Source: Escherichia phage Baret. Taken from it: a DNA stretch of 64,000 bases. Below, piece by piece: positions 35,550 through 45,600 of this stretch. The number at the start of each line of letters is the position of its first letter. Positions within the stretch are counted from its first letter, which is position 1. The notes under the pieces are model-generated. The model saw only the letters and a list, made by a program, of their open reading frames with translations. It did no database searches and was not told where the DNA came from. The DNA is taken from the sequence record OR896834.1; one strand, 5' to 3'. Both the position numbers and the translations under genes were made by a program.

Positions 35550-35578
35550 TTGCTTAGATGCCCAAACTTTTGTATAAT
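35550..35578 (+). promoter_or_regulatory. early promoter (TTGCTT-17-TATAAT)
   Basis: -35 35550-35555, -10 35573-35578. Confidence 0.6.
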
Positions 35579-35609
35579 ATGTTTATAGATTGAGGCAAGA
35601 GGATTAAAT

Positions 35610-36308
35610 ATGAGGATTATTTCTAAGTTCGCCGATGTGTATGATTTGCAGAACAGTTTGTTCGACCCAGATCGTGTGTGGGAACGTAAAACTGAGGAGT
35701 TACTGGTTAAAGTAACCGATGATGCAGAAAAGAACATTGTGCATACTCGCCAGGTATTTCGTGATGGTTCGCTATCTTTCCGTGGTGATTTCGAATACTT
35801 CGTAAACCCCCTATTTGTTGCAGGTGAAGTTTACTGGTTACACGAGCTGTACTGCTGGCATCCAGCATTTAGCTTCAAAACGTTTAATCTCGACACTATG
35901 TTCGATAAAATGGAAGAGATGGGATTACATGCTCGCTCTTACTTAAGGGATAAGAGTCGTGGAGATGTTCGTGAAACAATGCGTGATCTGCTAGCTGAAG
36001 CAAAACCTAAAGCAGAACGTATCTTATCCGAACTGCGTGTACCGATTGCATATGTGAAAGGTATTAAAAAGAACGATAACGATGATGTTCGTAACTTCGT
36101 AATTCAGACTAACATTCGTTTCCATCAGTCCGGTATTCCGTGGCAGGAAATTGAAAGTAACTTATACCGTTTACACCAAGTTCTCGAACAGTATATCTTC
36201 GGTGTACTAGGAACTGGTGAGCCTGATATGATTAAAGTATCAGATAAAGACAGGTTAGCAGCGCATGGATTTGATACAAAAACTTCTTTCAGGAATATGG
36301 CGCGGTAA
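35610..36308 (+). CDS. hypothetical protein (232 aa)
   Basis: ORF track; SD AGAGGA. Confidence 0.5.
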   Translation: MRIISKFADVYDLQNSLFDPDRVWERKTEELLVKVTDDAEKNIVHTRQVFRDGSLSFRGDFEYFVNPLFVAGEVYWLHELYCWHPAFSFKTFNLDTMFDKMEEMGLHARSYLRDKSRGDVRETMRDLLAEAKPKAERILSELRVPIAYVKGIKKNDNDDVRNFVIQTNIRFHQSGIPWQEIESNLYRLHQVLEQYIFGVLGTGEPDMIKVSDKDRLAAHGFDTKTSFRNMAR

Positions 36309-36714
36309 GTGGTATATCCTGGGAGCAGGTCTAGCGATAGGCATCGGGTTCGGTGCTTATCACTTAATAAATAAAGTGGAGACTTTGTCGGGAGATCTTG
36401 CGGTAGCTACTAAAAAGATCTCTTCTCTAGAGACTTCCCTTAACAAGGTGAAAGCTGAGAGTGAACTTCGCGAGACTCGTATGAATCAGTATTTCACAAT
36501 GAATAATGTTTCCCAAGCAGATCTAGATAAGAAAATTAGTCAGCTTGATAAAGCACTTAGTCGTCAAGACATTATAGCTGCAAAGCCTGGATTGGTAACA
36601 TTAATTGCTAAAAAGCAGAGTAAGGAGTTCGAGGAAAGATTAGCATGTTTAACTGGAAACTTGGAATACTGCTCGCAGCCGCAATCACAATCACAGGCTG
36701 TGCACAAGAAATAA
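36265..36714 (+). CDS. putative i-spanin-like protein (TM helix plus coiled coil)
   Basis: 149 aa; TM segment WYILGAGLAIGIGFGAYHLI then coiled-coil region. Confidence 0.4.
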   Translation: MDLIQKLLSGIWRGKWYILGAGLAIGIGFGAYHLINKVETLSGDLAVATKKISSLETSLNKVKAESELRETRMNQYFTMNNVSQADLDKKISQLDKALSRQDIIAAKPGLVTLIAKKQSKEFEERLACLTGNLEYCSQPQSQSQAVHKK

Positions 36715-36998
36715 AGACAGAATCTACACATGAGCTACCAACAGCTCATGTAGACTGGCCCAAAGGACTTCAACCTTGTAGCTTTGACTTTAAGTTTGAA
36801 AAGAAATTAGCTACAAATGGAGAAGATGGTGTAGTAGTTGTTGTACCATATAAAGATTGGAATATGTTGGCAAAATGCCGTGAGGCAGAATATTCATATA
36901 TTTCACGACTGACAAGTATGGTTTGCTTCTATCGCCAAGATTTACAAGAAAAACGTTGCTTAGTTTACTATCCACCCATTACAAATAGGAAAGATTAA
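36645..36998 (+). CDS. putative o-spanin-like lipoprotein
   Basis: 117 aa; signal peptide with lipobox ITGC; start overlaps 3' end of the i-spanin-like ORF in another frame. Confidence 0.4.
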   Translation: MFNWKLGILLAAAITITGCAQEIKTESTHELPTAHVDWPKGLQPCSFDFKFEKKLATNGEDGVVVVVPYKDWNMLAKCREAEYSYISRLTSMVCFYRQDLQEKRCLVYYPPITNRKD

Positions 36999-37750
36999 TG
37001 TCAGTATTAGTCGGTTTACATGGTGAAGCTGGTTCGGGAAAAGATACCGTTGCAAAATTAATTATCGATTGGTGTAATGACACGTATCCAACGTGTTTAC
37101 CCCGTCGTTATAGTTTTGCTAAGCCCGTTTATGAACTTGCATCCGTAATCCTCGGTGTAACTCCAGAGTTTCTAGGAGAGCGCAGGGGAAAAGAGGTTGA
37201 CCAATGGTTTACGATCACACAATCTCAATTGGAGCGAGCCAGAGATGTGTGGGTTAAGTATGGTATCGATAAGTTTGAAGACTTCTCGTACGTTTGGCCT
37301 ATTTTTGAGGAAAAATATCTTAATCCCCAACAACTTATCTCAGAGAGTAAAGAAGATGGTCTTTATAGTTTATTTATTTCTCCGAGAAAAATGTTACAGC
37401 TCGTAGGAACAGAGCTAGGAAGGCAGCTGGTGCATGAACGCATTTGGCTCATAATTCTGGAGCAATCCATCGCTAAAGACGACCCAGACGTCGCTGTAAT
37501 AACAGATGTTAGATTCCCCAATGAAGGAGAGCTACTCAGAGAAACAAACCATTTAGATATGGATTCTTTGATAGTAAATGTAGTACCAGCTGAGCAGAAG
37601 TTCACTATTAAATCAGATCATCCATCTGAAAGGGGTATTCCTGCAAAATATATTACTCACGAATTAGTTAATAAATTCGATGGTATCAATAACCTTAAAC
37701 TAGAAGTTTATAACTTCTGTGACTTAGAGCTAGAACCACTAGTTGGATAA
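36998..37750 (+). CDS. dnk: deoxynucleoside monophosphate kinase
   Basis: 250 aa; P-loop GEAGSGKDT; T5 dNMP-kinase-like. Confidence 0.7.
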   Translation: MSVLVGLHGEAGSGKDTVAKLIIDWCNDTYPTCLPRRYSFAKPVYELASVILGVTPEFLGERRGKEVDQWFTITQSQLERARDVWVKYGIDKFEDFSYVWPIFEEKYLNPQQLISESKEDGLYSLFISPRKMLQLVGTELGRQLVHERIWLIILEQSIAKDDPDVAVITDVRFPNEGELLRETNHLDMDSLIVNVVPAEQKFTIKSDHPSERGIPAKYITHELVNKFDGINNLKLEVYNFCDLELEPLVG

Positions 37751-37762
37751 TCAAGGATCGCT

Positions 37763-38362
37763 ATGACTAATAAAAAAGAAGAAAAGACTAACCTGTTTCA
37801 CTCCATTCGCCAATCTAATGAGTATACCTTTTTCTTTGATGAAGAACTCGGTCCGCCGGATGAATACCGTGATTTATCAATGGTACTTATGCAAGCAAAT
37901 GAGGACGACGAAATTAATCTGATGATTAATGGTCCAGGTGGTTATGTTGATACTGCTGCACAGTTATCTAACTTAATTGCTAATTGCCGTGGAACAGTTA
38001 TAGGACATCTGGTTGGTCCTAGTGCTTCTGCTTACTGCACAATTTTCCTATCCTGTCATGGATGGGTAGTACATCCACATGCTACGCTAATGGGACACAC
38101 GTTCTCTGGCGGATTCTGTGAGAAAGGTCAAGAAATCAAGAAAGCCTATGAATCTTACAACAAGTTCGTAGAAGATATGATGCTAGATGTCTACTATCCG
38201 TTCTTCTCAATAGATGAAATAGACGAGATGGTAAAAGACAACAAAAATATCTATCTAGATAGCAAGGAAATCCATAAGCGTATTGAAATCTTGGCGAAAT
38301 ATAGATCTGAGCAATATAATAAAATGCAGTTAACTCAATCTGAGGAGCACAACGAAGAGTAA
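37763..38362 (+). CDS. ClpP-like (S14 family) serine protease-like protein
   Basis: 199 aa; INGPGGYVDTAAQL...GPSASAY...MGH pattern resembles ClpP catalytic core. Confidence 0.5.
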   Translation: MTNKKEEKTNLFHSIRQSNEYTFFFDEELGPPDEYRDLSMVLMQANEDDEINLMINGPGGYVDTAAQLSNLIANCRGTVIGHLVGPSASAYCTIFLSCHGWVVHPHATLMGHTFSGGFCEKGQEIKKAYESYNKFVEDMMLDVYYPFFSIDEIDEMVKDNKNIYLDSKEIHKRIEILAKYRSEQYNKMQLTQSEEHNEE

Positions 38363-38370
38363 GTAATTTT

Positions 38371-38400
38371 AAGCCAGGGTTAAGTACCCTGGCTTTTCTT
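38371..38400 (+). terminator. intrinsic terminator
   Basis: AAGCCAGGG...CCCTGGCTT hairpin followed by TTCTTTT. Confidence 0.6.
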
Positions 38401-38464
38401 TTATCTAAAATTCTTCTTGACAACGACATAATTTTATGCTCCAAGTGTAACATTTAAAAACCCA

Positions 38465-38493
38465 TTGAAATTTTCCTCCAAAATTAGTATAAT
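38465..38493 (+). promoter_or_regulatory. promoter upstream of holin (TTGAAA-17-TATAAT)
   Basis: -35 38465-38470, -10 38488-38493. Confidence 0.5.
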
Positions 38494-38518
38494 GGTACTG
38501 GTTAGAGGAGGTTACAAA

Positions 38519-39175
38519 TTGGAAAAGTTCTTACAATTATTAACAGTACTGCTCCAAGAAGCGAAAGACCCAGCATCGCTTCTTAAACGTCTGCTAACTA
38601 TCTTAGTTGCTGTCATTATTTTCTTATTTGTTAGTAATACTAGTGAAGTAATGTCATTCTTAAAGACTTTTTCCACGTCTGCAGTTTTACAGGATTTACA
38701 AACCCAGAGGATAGATAACTTCCCTAATGTGGCGAGGGAAAAGAGCATGGTTCTCTTCTCTCAGACGGGTGCAGATGCTGTTTTTGTAGTCAAGTATAAA
38801 CCAGATGCTATCAATGATTATTCCAATATTATTGCATGGGAAAGTAATGCGCAATTAGATAGGGCTGACTTGGCCGATAAAGCGGTAAATAAAACGTCTG
38901 AATTATACAGACGTCATTTAGAGGGCTTTAACTACGCATCGGATTTAAGTGTAAGAGTAAATAAATATATGGGGTTAAATATACCTGCGTTTAAAAACGT
39001 TACTTTTAATTACATATACACTTGTCCATACTTCAATCTAAAAAATATCTATGCTGGGTACATTGGTATTGCTTGGAAAGATAATCCGGTAGATACAGCT
39101 GATTCTGAACAGTTCAAGGAATATTTAGCAAAGCTCTGTTCCCCACAACAGAGATCTTTAGGTAGGTCAATATGA
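38519..39175 (+). CDS. holin (T5-type large holin)
   Basis: 218 aa from TTG 38519 (SD GAGGAGG 7 nt upstream); one TM helix; immediately upstream of and overlapping endolysin. Confidence 0.55.
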   Translation: MEKFLQLLTVLLQEAKDPASLLKRLLTILVAVIIFLFVSNTSEVMSFLKTFSTSAVLQDLQTQRIDNFPNVAREKSMVLFSQTGADAVFVVKYKPDAINDYSNIIAWESNAQLDRADLADKAVNKTSELYRRHLEGFNYASDLSVRVNKYMGLNIPAFKNVTFNYIYTCPYFNLKNIYAGYIGIAWKDNPVDTADSEQFKEYLAKLCSPQQRSLGRSI

Positions 39176-39585
39176 GTTTTAAATTTGGTAAAAATAGCGA
39201 AAAACAATTAGCTACCGTTAAGCCCGAGCTACAAAAAGTAGCTCGTAGGGCTTTAGAATTATCTCCGTATGATTTCACAATCGTGCAAGGTATTCGTACA
39301 GTAGCACAAAGTGCCCAGAACATTGCTAATGGTACTTCATTTCTAAAAGATCCTAGTAAAAGCAAACATATTACTGGGGATGCTATTGATTTTGCTCCAT
39401 ATATTAATGGCAAAATTGATTGGAATGACTTAGAAGCATTTTGGGCGGTTAAAAAGGCTTTTGAACAAGCTGGTAAAGAACTAGGCATTAAACTTCGTTT
39501 TGGTGCTGATTGGAATGCTTCAGGAGACTATCACGATGAAATAAAACGTGGTACCTATGATGGCGGTCATGTCGAACTAGTTTAA
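39172..39585 (+). CDS. endolysin, L-alanyl-D-glutamate peptidase (M15 family)
   Basis: 137 aa; HITGDAIDF...DYHDEIKRGTYDGGHVEL zinc-ligand pattern typical of T5-type endolysin. Confidence 0.75.
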   Translation: MSFKFGKNSEKQLATVKPELQKVARRALELSPYDFTIVQGIRTVAQSAQNIANGTSFLKDPSKSKHITGDAIDFAPYINGKIDWNDLEAFWAVKKAFEQAGKELGIKLRFGADWNASGDYHDEIKRGTYDGGHVELV

Positions 39586-39595
39586 TTAATAACTG

Positions 39596-39620
39596 AGGCG
39601 GGAATATTCCCGCCTTTTTA
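39596..39620 (+). terminator. intrinsic terminator after endolysin
   Basis: GGCGGGAATATTCCCGCC hairpin followed by TTTTT. Confidence 0.65.
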
Positions 39621-39663
39621 GGCAAAGGGGGCTTTAATAATTTTTTGAAGATAGGAGAAAGCC

Positions 39664-40080
39664 ATGTTTGCAGAGCTATTCACTATGATGCTGCTAGGTA
39701 TCTGGAAAATAAGTCTAGTAGTATTCGTTTTAATGATAGTCTTTACTATCATTGCATTAACTACCCGAAATAGCTTATTAATAAAGGTTATTCACGGACT
39801 AGAGTATATAATTATGGGTTCATTCGGCGTTTGTAAATGCAATTGCCATAGAGATACGAAATATTGTTGGTTATGGATGGAACTAGAGAATCCCATATCC
39901 ATAGCTTTGGCTGTTTCATTCGGTATGATTCTTATGGCCCTTACTCTAGCATTAATACCTTTAATGTTAGCTGGGGGAGTTACAGCGTATTTCACCCTTT
40001 TCTCCCCGATACTTATGTACTCAATTTACCCAATAACTATGTATCTAGTTAGGAAAAGATTTATACATGCAGTAGATTAA
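39664..40080 (+). CDS. hypothetical multi-pass membrane protein (138 aa)
   Basis: ORF track; several hydrophobic helices. Confidence 0.4.
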   Translation: MFAELFTMMLLGIWKISLVVFVLMIVFTIIALTTRNSLLIKVIHGLEYIIMGSFGVCKCNCHRDTKYCWLWMELENPISIALAVSFGMILMALTLALIPLMLAGGVTAYFTLFSPILMYSIYPITMYLVRKRFIHAVD

Positions 40081-40093
40081 TATAAAAAAGTAG

Positions 40094-40122
40094 TTGACTT
40101 TTAGCCCTAGTTATTATATAAT
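40094..40122 (+). promoter_or_regulatory. early promoter (TTGACT-17-TATAAT)
   Basis: -35 40094-40099, -10 40117-40122. Confidence 0.6.
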
Positions 40123-40155
40123 ATATACATAAATTAGTTAAGAGAGGTATATATT

Positions 40156-40587
40156 ATGTCTGATCGTTTCTACACTCAAATGGCGGAACATTTTCGTATA
40201 CCACATTACGAGCTAAACATTGCACTCCGTGATCATGACTCTCCTGAGTACAAAAAGCTCGAAAAGAAAGCGGAAAAATCTATTGATACAAAGGTAGGTG
40301 CATCTATGTCTAAGGGCAAAAAGTTAACTCGTCTTGATCTTAATAAAATTTTAACTGAACTTTTGGGTACTGATATTGAAGGTGCTAAATTACCACTTCT
40401 TGTACTAGAGACTATGATTAAAAAGGTCAAAAATAAAGAATATAAGAAGGTAGAAGTCCCAGAGGGCAGATTAAAGGCTCCTTATCAGGAAGCATTAACC
40501 GAGTGTTTGGGTGTAAATCTTGATCTGAGCACCGCAACCGTAAAAACTATGAAAAACTTCTTAGAGGCCATTAATAACTATGAGTAA
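40156..40587 (+). CDS. hypothetical protein (143 aa)
   Basis: ORF track. Confidence 0.45.
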   Translation: MSDRFYTQMAEHFRIPHYELNIALRDHDSPEYKKLEKKAEKSIDTKVGASMSKGKKLTRLDLNKILTELLGTDIEGAKLPLLVLETMIKKVKNKEYKKVEVPEGRLKAPYQEALTECLGVNLDLSTATVKTMKNFLEAINNYE

Positions 40588-40870
40588 ATTAGTATATCTA
40601 TTAAAAGGTTCTACTTGCAATCCTTGCAAAATGTTTGAGCCAGTATTTGATAAAGTAGTCAATGAATATAATTTGGAAGTCCATAAAGAGACTGATAATG
40701 CAGAATTAATGCAGAAATTTGGTGTGCGCCAAGTACCTGTAGTAGTTCTGGCGGATCGCTTACCTAATGGTCGAGTAGAAGCTAATCATATTTTGATTGG
40801 ACGTCAGCTTCGTAAAGAAACTATGCACGAAGCTATTAAAAATTTCCTGGATGATAATCCAGAGGATTAA
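40580..40870 (+). CDS. thioredoxin/glutaredoxin-like protein
   Basis: 96 aa; CNPC CxxC motif near N-terminus. Confidence 0.5.
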   Translation: MSKLVYLLKGSTCNPCKMFEPVFDKVVNEYNLEVHKETDNAELMQKFGVRQVPVVVLADRLPNGRVEANHILIGRQLRKETMHEAIKNFLDDNPED

Positions 40871-40876
40871 TAAACC

Positions 40877-40908
40877 AAGCCTGATCTTAGCGGATCAGGC
40901 TTTTATTT
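40877..40908 (+). terminator. intrinsic terminator
   Basis: AGCCTGATC...GATCAGGCT hairpin followed by TTTTATTTT. Confidence 0.6.
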
Positions 40909-40912
40909 TACT

Positions 40913-40940
40913 TGCTTTTTGCTAAAAATTTTGGTATAAT
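40913..40940 (+). promoter_or_regulatory. early promoter (TTGCTT-16-TATAAT)
   Basis: -35 40913-40918, -10 40935-40940. Confidence 0.55.
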
Positions 40941-40997
40941 ACTTATATAAATTGATGAGAAGGCTATCTACGCACTACAAGAAATAGGGGTATTCCA

Positions 40998-41375
40998 ATG
41001 AACTATGCATATCTAATTATTAATAATAACGTAGTTTGTGGTACTCGCGCTGTTGAGATGGGTATTACAGAAGAAAAGTATAAGTCACTTCCAGAAAAGG
41101 AACAACAATATTATGTTGAAGAAGCTGCTTGGGAGTATGCTGAGGTTTATCCCGAAGAACGTGAAGATCGTCTTACTCTTGTTGTGTCTCTGGGTTTGGT
41201 TGGCTGTGATACCGAAGTTGATACAGACTTAGAGACTTTGGAAGAGTGGGAAGAGTTAGATATCTCAGCTAAAAACTCCTTAATCCGTGAAGCCTTTTGG
41301 GAAGCTGTAGATTGCCACGTAGTATTTGAGCCTAATGATGAAGAGGCTGAAAAACATACCAACCATTGGAGATAA
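40998..41375 (+). CDS. hypothetical acidic protein (125 aa)
   Basis: ORF track. Confidence 0.4.
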   Translation: MNYAYLIINNNVVCGTRAVEMGITEEKYKSLPEKEQQYYVEEAAWEYAEVYPEEREDRLTLVVSLGLVGCDTEVDTDLETLEEWEELDISAKNSLIREAFWEAVDCHVVFEPNDEEAEKHTNHWR

Positions 41376-41379
41376 TTAA

Positions 41380-41625
41380 ATGTTAGCGGAACAAGCAAAA
41401 CGTTTAGCTAGGATAAATAGAGCCGCGTCCCTTAAGAGCCGAAAGAAAACGTATAGATGGGTTAAGCGGAGGATAGTATCTTCTGTAGAGATTGGAGGTT
41501 CTTTTGTACAGCTTAATCGTGACGAAATTAGTTATGAAGCTATAAAAGCCCTCAATAAAGAGGGTTATACTCTAAAACTATCAAATAATTATGGTACAAC
41601 TATTTTAAATGTTATTTGGGAATAA
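41380..41625 (+). CDS. hypothetical protein (81 aa)
   Basis: ORF track. Confidence 0.35.
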   Translation: MLAEQAKRLARINRAASLKSRKKTYRWVKRRIVSSVEIGGSFVQLNRDEISYEAIKALNKEGYTLKLSNNYGTTILNVIWE

Positions 41626-42491
41626 TTATGAAAAAAGAATTTAATGTGCATAAAACACTAGTAGTACCTGATGATGTTAACTTATTCTTTGTTGGTGATA
41701 TTCATGGATGCAACGATTTGCTAGAAGATGCACTACAATTAGCTGGCTATAACGGCAAGAAAGATTGCGTTGTATGCGTGGGAGATTTAATTGATCGAGG
41801 CACACAGAATCTGCAAGTTTTAGCCAAATTCCTGTATAATCCACGCTTTATCAGTGTCCGTGGTAATCATGACCAATTTATGATTGTGGGAGATTGGGCT
41901 AACTGGATGTATAACGGTGGTATGTGGGCTATGAATGAACTAGATGCAGATACCATTAAAAATATTGCCGAAGACATGGCTGAAAAAATGCCAGTATTCC
42001 TAACTGTTAAACATCGTGGCAAGAAGTATGGTGTTGTTCATGGTGGTGTACCTTTTACGTACAAAGAATGTGGTAACGAAGTAGAAACCCCAGTGTGGGA
42101 TAACCTTATTGCACAAGTAGAAGCAGCTAAGGAAGACCCACATGACCACCCCGGATACCATGTTGAACCATACTTATGGGATCGAGATGTAATCCAAGAA
42201 ATAGGTTTTCACTTAGCTAAAAATGGTGAAGAACACTCACATTTCCAGCGTTATGCAGGGTTTAAAGAGAAATACATGGTAGAAGTACCTCCGGTTAATG
42301 GAGTAGACTTTGTATTTCATGGGCATACCGGAGTACCTTACCCGATTTTATACCAGAACCGTGTTTACCTAGATACTGGCGGTGTTTTCAACGGGCAGTT
42401 GACGGTTGCGCAGGTTAACGATGAAACTGGCAAAATCACCACATTTACCACAGACAAAAATGATAGCTGCGGTGTACAGAGGATCCTTTAA
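41616..42491 (+). CDS. Ser/Thr protein phosphatase (calcineurin-like metallophosphatase)
   Basis: 291 aa; GDIHG...GDLIDRG...GNHD motifs. Confidence 0.75.
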   Translation: MGIIMKKEFNVHKTLVVPDDVNLFFVGDIHGCNDLLEDALQLAGYNGKKDCVVCVGDLIDRGTQNLQVLAKFLYNPRFISVRGNHDQFMIVGDWANWMYNGGMWAMNELDADTIKNIAEDMAEKMPVFLTVKHRGKKYGVVHGGVPFTYKECGNEVETPVWDNLIAQVEAAKEDPHDHPGYHVEPYLWDRDVIQEIGFHLAKNGEEHSHFQRYAGFKEKYMVEVPPVNGVDFVFHGHTGVPYPILYQNRVYLDTGGVFNGQLTVAQVNDETGKITTFTTDKNDSCGVQRIL

Positions 42492-42778
42492 TGAATGATA
42501 GAATGAAAGAAGTACAAGAAGAATTACGAGCAATGCGTATTGATGCCCTTCGTTGGAGGGCATTAGCTAATGCTTTCGTCAAAGGAGATACCGGAGTAAT
42601 ATATTCTGGAATAGCAGTCAATTTTTGTTTTAATTCTCCTGCTGAAATAGAGATAGAAACAAGGCTTACTACCTACCTTAATGAGGTAGACCTTAAGGAA
42701 GGAGAGACTCCAAAGGAGTTTAAAACTAGAGTATTAACTACCTGGGTTGATAATTTAATACAAAAAAGGAGTAAGTGA
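42491..42778 (+). CDS. hypothetical protein (95 aa)
   Basis: ORF track. Confidence 0.4.
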   Translation: MNDRMKEVQEELRAMRIDALRWRALANAFVKGDTGVIYSGIAVNFCFNSPAEIEIETRLTTYLNEVDLKEGETPKEFKTRVLTTWVDNLIQKRSK

Positions 42779-43368
42779 TGAAGGTTAAATTCTGGTCAGA
42801 CTTGCACTTAGACCACCCTGGAGCACTACGTTTCCGTCCGTGGTTTAAGAACATGAAAGAGCACGATGAGTATATTCTAGATACTTTGTCCAAGCATATT
42901 GGTAAACGAACAAAACTTATTTTGCTAGGAGATATTGCAGTAGGTCGTGAAGGTCTGGCCAAGTTAAAGTCGGTTATCCACAATGTCCCTAATCAACTCA
43001 TTATGGGTAATCATGATGCGGAGCGTCAAGGACTGAGTATTAGGGACTTAGCGGAAGTTTATGACGATATTCAAGCTCTAGGCAAACAGACTGGAGGTGG
43101 CAAAAAGTTTTGGCTATCTCACTGCCCTTTGCATCCCAATGAACTTCGTGGCAAACTAAATATTCACGGACATGTACATACTACTTCTTTACGTGACCCA
43201 CGTTATATTAATGTCTCATTTGAAATGAGTAGAACTCCAATTCCACTAGAGGATATTGTGTCTGGTAAGTTTACTAGTTACGATAGAGTGGTTAATTGTA
43301 CTACCGGCGAGGTATTACAAATAGGAGAAGACGTAGCTGCTGTATTGCGTGGCGATATAAATGTCTAA
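42775..43368 (+). CDS. calcineurin-like metallophosphoesterase
   Basis: 197 aa; DLHLDH...GDIAVG...GNHD motifs. Confidence 0.65.
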   Translation: MMKVKFWSDLHLDHPGALRFRPWFKNMKEHDEYILDTLSKHIGKRTKLILLGDIAVGREGLAKLKSVIHNVPNQLIMGNHDAERQGLSIRDLAEVYDDIQALGKQTGGGKKFWLSHCPLHPNELRGKLNIHGHVHTTSLRDPRYINVSFEMSRTPIPLEDIVSGKFTSYDRVVNCTTGEVLQIGEDVAAVLRGDINV

Positions 43369-43476
43369 GTATATAGCTGAGGTTATTATTAAACGAATCA
43401 TACAGGCGATAGCAATACTTATAATCATTTGTATTGCTGTTGGCACAGGATTAGGCATTTTAATTAAAAGTTTTAT

Positions 43477-43505
43477 TTGCTAAAATGCTTAAGTTTCTGT
43501 ATAAT
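43477..43505 (+). promoter_or_regulatory. early promoter (TTGCTA-17-TATAAT)
   Basis: -35 43477-43482, -10 43500-43505. Confidence 0.6.
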
Positions 43506-43535
43506 TACTGTATAAATTGATGAGAAGGAATCAAA

Positions 43536-43967
43536 ATGAACAAAGTTGATAAAGCTCTAGTTTTTGCAGCAGCAGATAAGTTTGAACAAGTTAAAGCTAC
43601 TTTCAGAACCCTGTTTCAGTCCTACGTTCAGGATAAGTCTAATCCTATTTCTGAACGCTTGATGGTTTGGGAGTGTCATGCTTGTAATGCCCTGCTAATT
43701 GCTGATTACCGTAGTGATATAGATAAAGATCTTTGTGAAATCCTTATCCCCGAGGAAGCAGAACGTTATCAGTTAATCTCTTTTCAAGATTTAGCAGAAC
43801 ACATCATCCCAGATGATCTTTGGGACAAGTATTATGGTGATCCTGAAGACGAAGGAATGGCTCCAGAAGCATGTATTGAGTTAATCTGTAAAGATCATCC
43901 TGAAATTGCAGAAAAATTTGAAAAAGTTTTTGCTTCTGAGTTCTCAGGTTTCGTTAACGATTGGTAA
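43536..43967 (+). CDS. hypothetical acidic protein (143 aa)
   Basis: ORF track. Confidence 0.45.
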   Translation: MNKVDKALVFAAADKFEQVKATFRTLFQSYVQDKSNPISERLMVWECHACNALLIADYRSDIDKDLCEILIPEEAERYQLISFQDLAEHIIPDDLWDKYYGDPEDEGMAPEACIELICKDHPEIAEKFEKVFASEFSGFVNDW

Positions 43968-43984
43968 GTAATTAAAAAATTCAG

Positions 43985-44013
43985 TTGCTTTAAGCCTTAA
44001 AATTCTGTATAAT
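43985..44013 (+). promoter_or_regulatory. early promoter (TTGCTT-17-TATAAT)
   Basis: -35 43985-43990, -10 44008-44013. Confidence 0.6.
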
Positions 44014-44027
44014 AAGTTCATAAATTA

Positions 44028-44297
44028 ATGAGAGAGGAAATTCTAATGGAAAACATGACTAAAAATGAAATGGCTAACGTTCTGGCAATTCTCCTCGACA
44101 TGCAAGGATTTGAGGGGCAACTGATGAAAATGTCTATTCCGGCGATGAAGAAGATGTATGATTCCCTGAATAAGAATGCTATGGCATTCAACCTTGCAAA
44201 ACAAGAAGCACGTTTTGCTAAAGAGCATCAGGCAACTGCCGAACGTCGTGCAGCATCTTTTGAGCGTGAAGTTAAGCAACTGAAAGGTAAGAAATAA
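44028..44297 (+). CDS. hypothetical protein (89 aa)
   Basis: ORF track. Confidence 0.4.
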   Translation: MREEILMENMTKNEMANVLAILLDMQGFEGQLMKMSIPAMKKMYDSLNKNAMAFNLAKQEARFAKEHQATAERRAASFEREVKQLKGKK

Positions 44298-44460
44298 TGG
44301 AAAGAATATCCATTTTTATGCTATCACTCCTTTTAGGAGTGTTAATATATAGTATAGTTTCTCTTCACATACGTTTAGCAGAACTAGACAATTCTATCCA
44401 CGAGTTAAATGTGGAGATGTGTAAACTAGTTCCAAACAATGAAAAATGTAAGGATATTTA

Positions 44461-44742
44461 ATGTTGGTTGAAATTCTTATTGGGTTACTAATTCTTACTA
44501 CGCTAGTAGCGATTGGTGGAGTTATTGGAGTTGTAAACGCACGAAAAAACATGGAAAGTATGCTCATTACTAATGATGGGCTACACCACCGTTTGCTAGA
44601 GCAAGAGCAAGATATTGAAATAGCCCAAAGACGCTCGGATATTCTTAAGGAAAAATTAAATAATATAGAAGCAATAGTTGGGAATAATAAATTACCTGCT
44701 AAAGTAATGCGTACACAGATAATCACGGAGATTAAAAAATGA
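44461..44742 (+). CDS. hypothetical membrane protein (93 aa)
   Basis: ORF track; N-terminal TM helix. Confidence 0.4.
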   Translation: MLVEILIGLLILTTLVAIGGVIGVVNARKNMESMLITNDGLHHRLLEQEQDIEIAQRRSDILKEKLNNIEAIVGNNKLPAKVMRTQIITEIKK

Positions 44743-44984
44743 TGATGTTTATTCTAGCATTTTATCTAATCGTGGTGGGAGTTCTAGTTACTAAGTACCA
44801 TACATGGGCACCAAAGAATGTAGTTAAGGTAGCACTATTTGTTATCCCAGTTCCACTTATTATACTTTCTATGTTACTGGTGATGTTAATCGGTAAAGTA
44901 ACAAAAACAGATGTTAAGCGCATTGCTGACGAATTGCAACAGTCCTGTGATATGATTGAGGATATTCTTAAAGATGAAACTTAA
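44739..44984 (+). CDS. hypothetical membrane protein (81 aa)
   Basis: ORF track; two hydrophobic helices. Confidence 0.4.
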   Translation: MMMFILAFYLIVVGVLVTKYHTWAPKNVVKVALFVIPVPLIILSMLLVMLIGKVTKTDVKRIADELQQSCDMIEDILKDET

Positions 44985-45300
44985 TTTTAACGAATTAAAT
45001 ACTTTGCATGAGCTGTTACAGTTTGTAAATAATAATATTAGTATTCCAGATGACACACTAGAAGTTCTCATGGTAATCGAGAAAAAGGTAGGAAATGAAA
45101 TTGAGGACTCTTGGAAACCGCTCTCTGAACTGACACCTCTCAAAATGAAGGTGGTTGTTAAAAATATTGAAACTGGAGAAGAACGTGAGATGGTTCGTAC
45201 AGAACTGGCGAATAGTTACTCTCCAACGTCTGTAGTGATGCAACATGATGATGTTTCCGAAGTTCTACAGACAGCTAATTACGTATGGCGTCTCCCATGA
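44974..45300 (+). CDS. hypothetical protein (108 aa)
   Basis: ATG 44974; track ORF 44956 trimmed. Confidence 0.4.
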   Translation: MKLNFNELNTLHELLQFVNNNISIPDDTLEVLMVIEKKVGNEIEDSWKPLSELTPLKMKVVVKNIETGEEREMVRTELANSYSPTSVVMQHDDVSEVLQTANYVWRLP

Positions 45301-45399
45301 TTGATTTAGTACCAATTACTGCGTGGCTAATAGCACTATTAGTGCTCGCAGTTTTCATTATTGTGGAGCAGGCCAAAGTAATAAGGAGACTTAAAAACA

Positions 45400-45600
45400 A
45401 TGATAAAACGTCTTGTTTATCAGGCACCAAAGATTGTAACTGAGTATTTTGTATTACTGCCTAAGATTGTATTTCTAACAGCATTATTTAATATACTTTT
45501 TCGACATCTAGGAATAACGGAAAATATCTTCTACACTTCTGGACTACTTCCTTTTATGTACGAAGGCATCATCGTGGCAATTAACGGAGTTCGTAAATGA
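45400..45600 (+). CDS. hypothetical membrane protein (66 aa)
   Basis: ORF track. Confidence 0.35.
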   Translation: MIKRLVYQAPKIVTEYFVLLPKIVFLTALFNILFRHLGITENIFYTSGLLPFMYEGIIVAINGVRK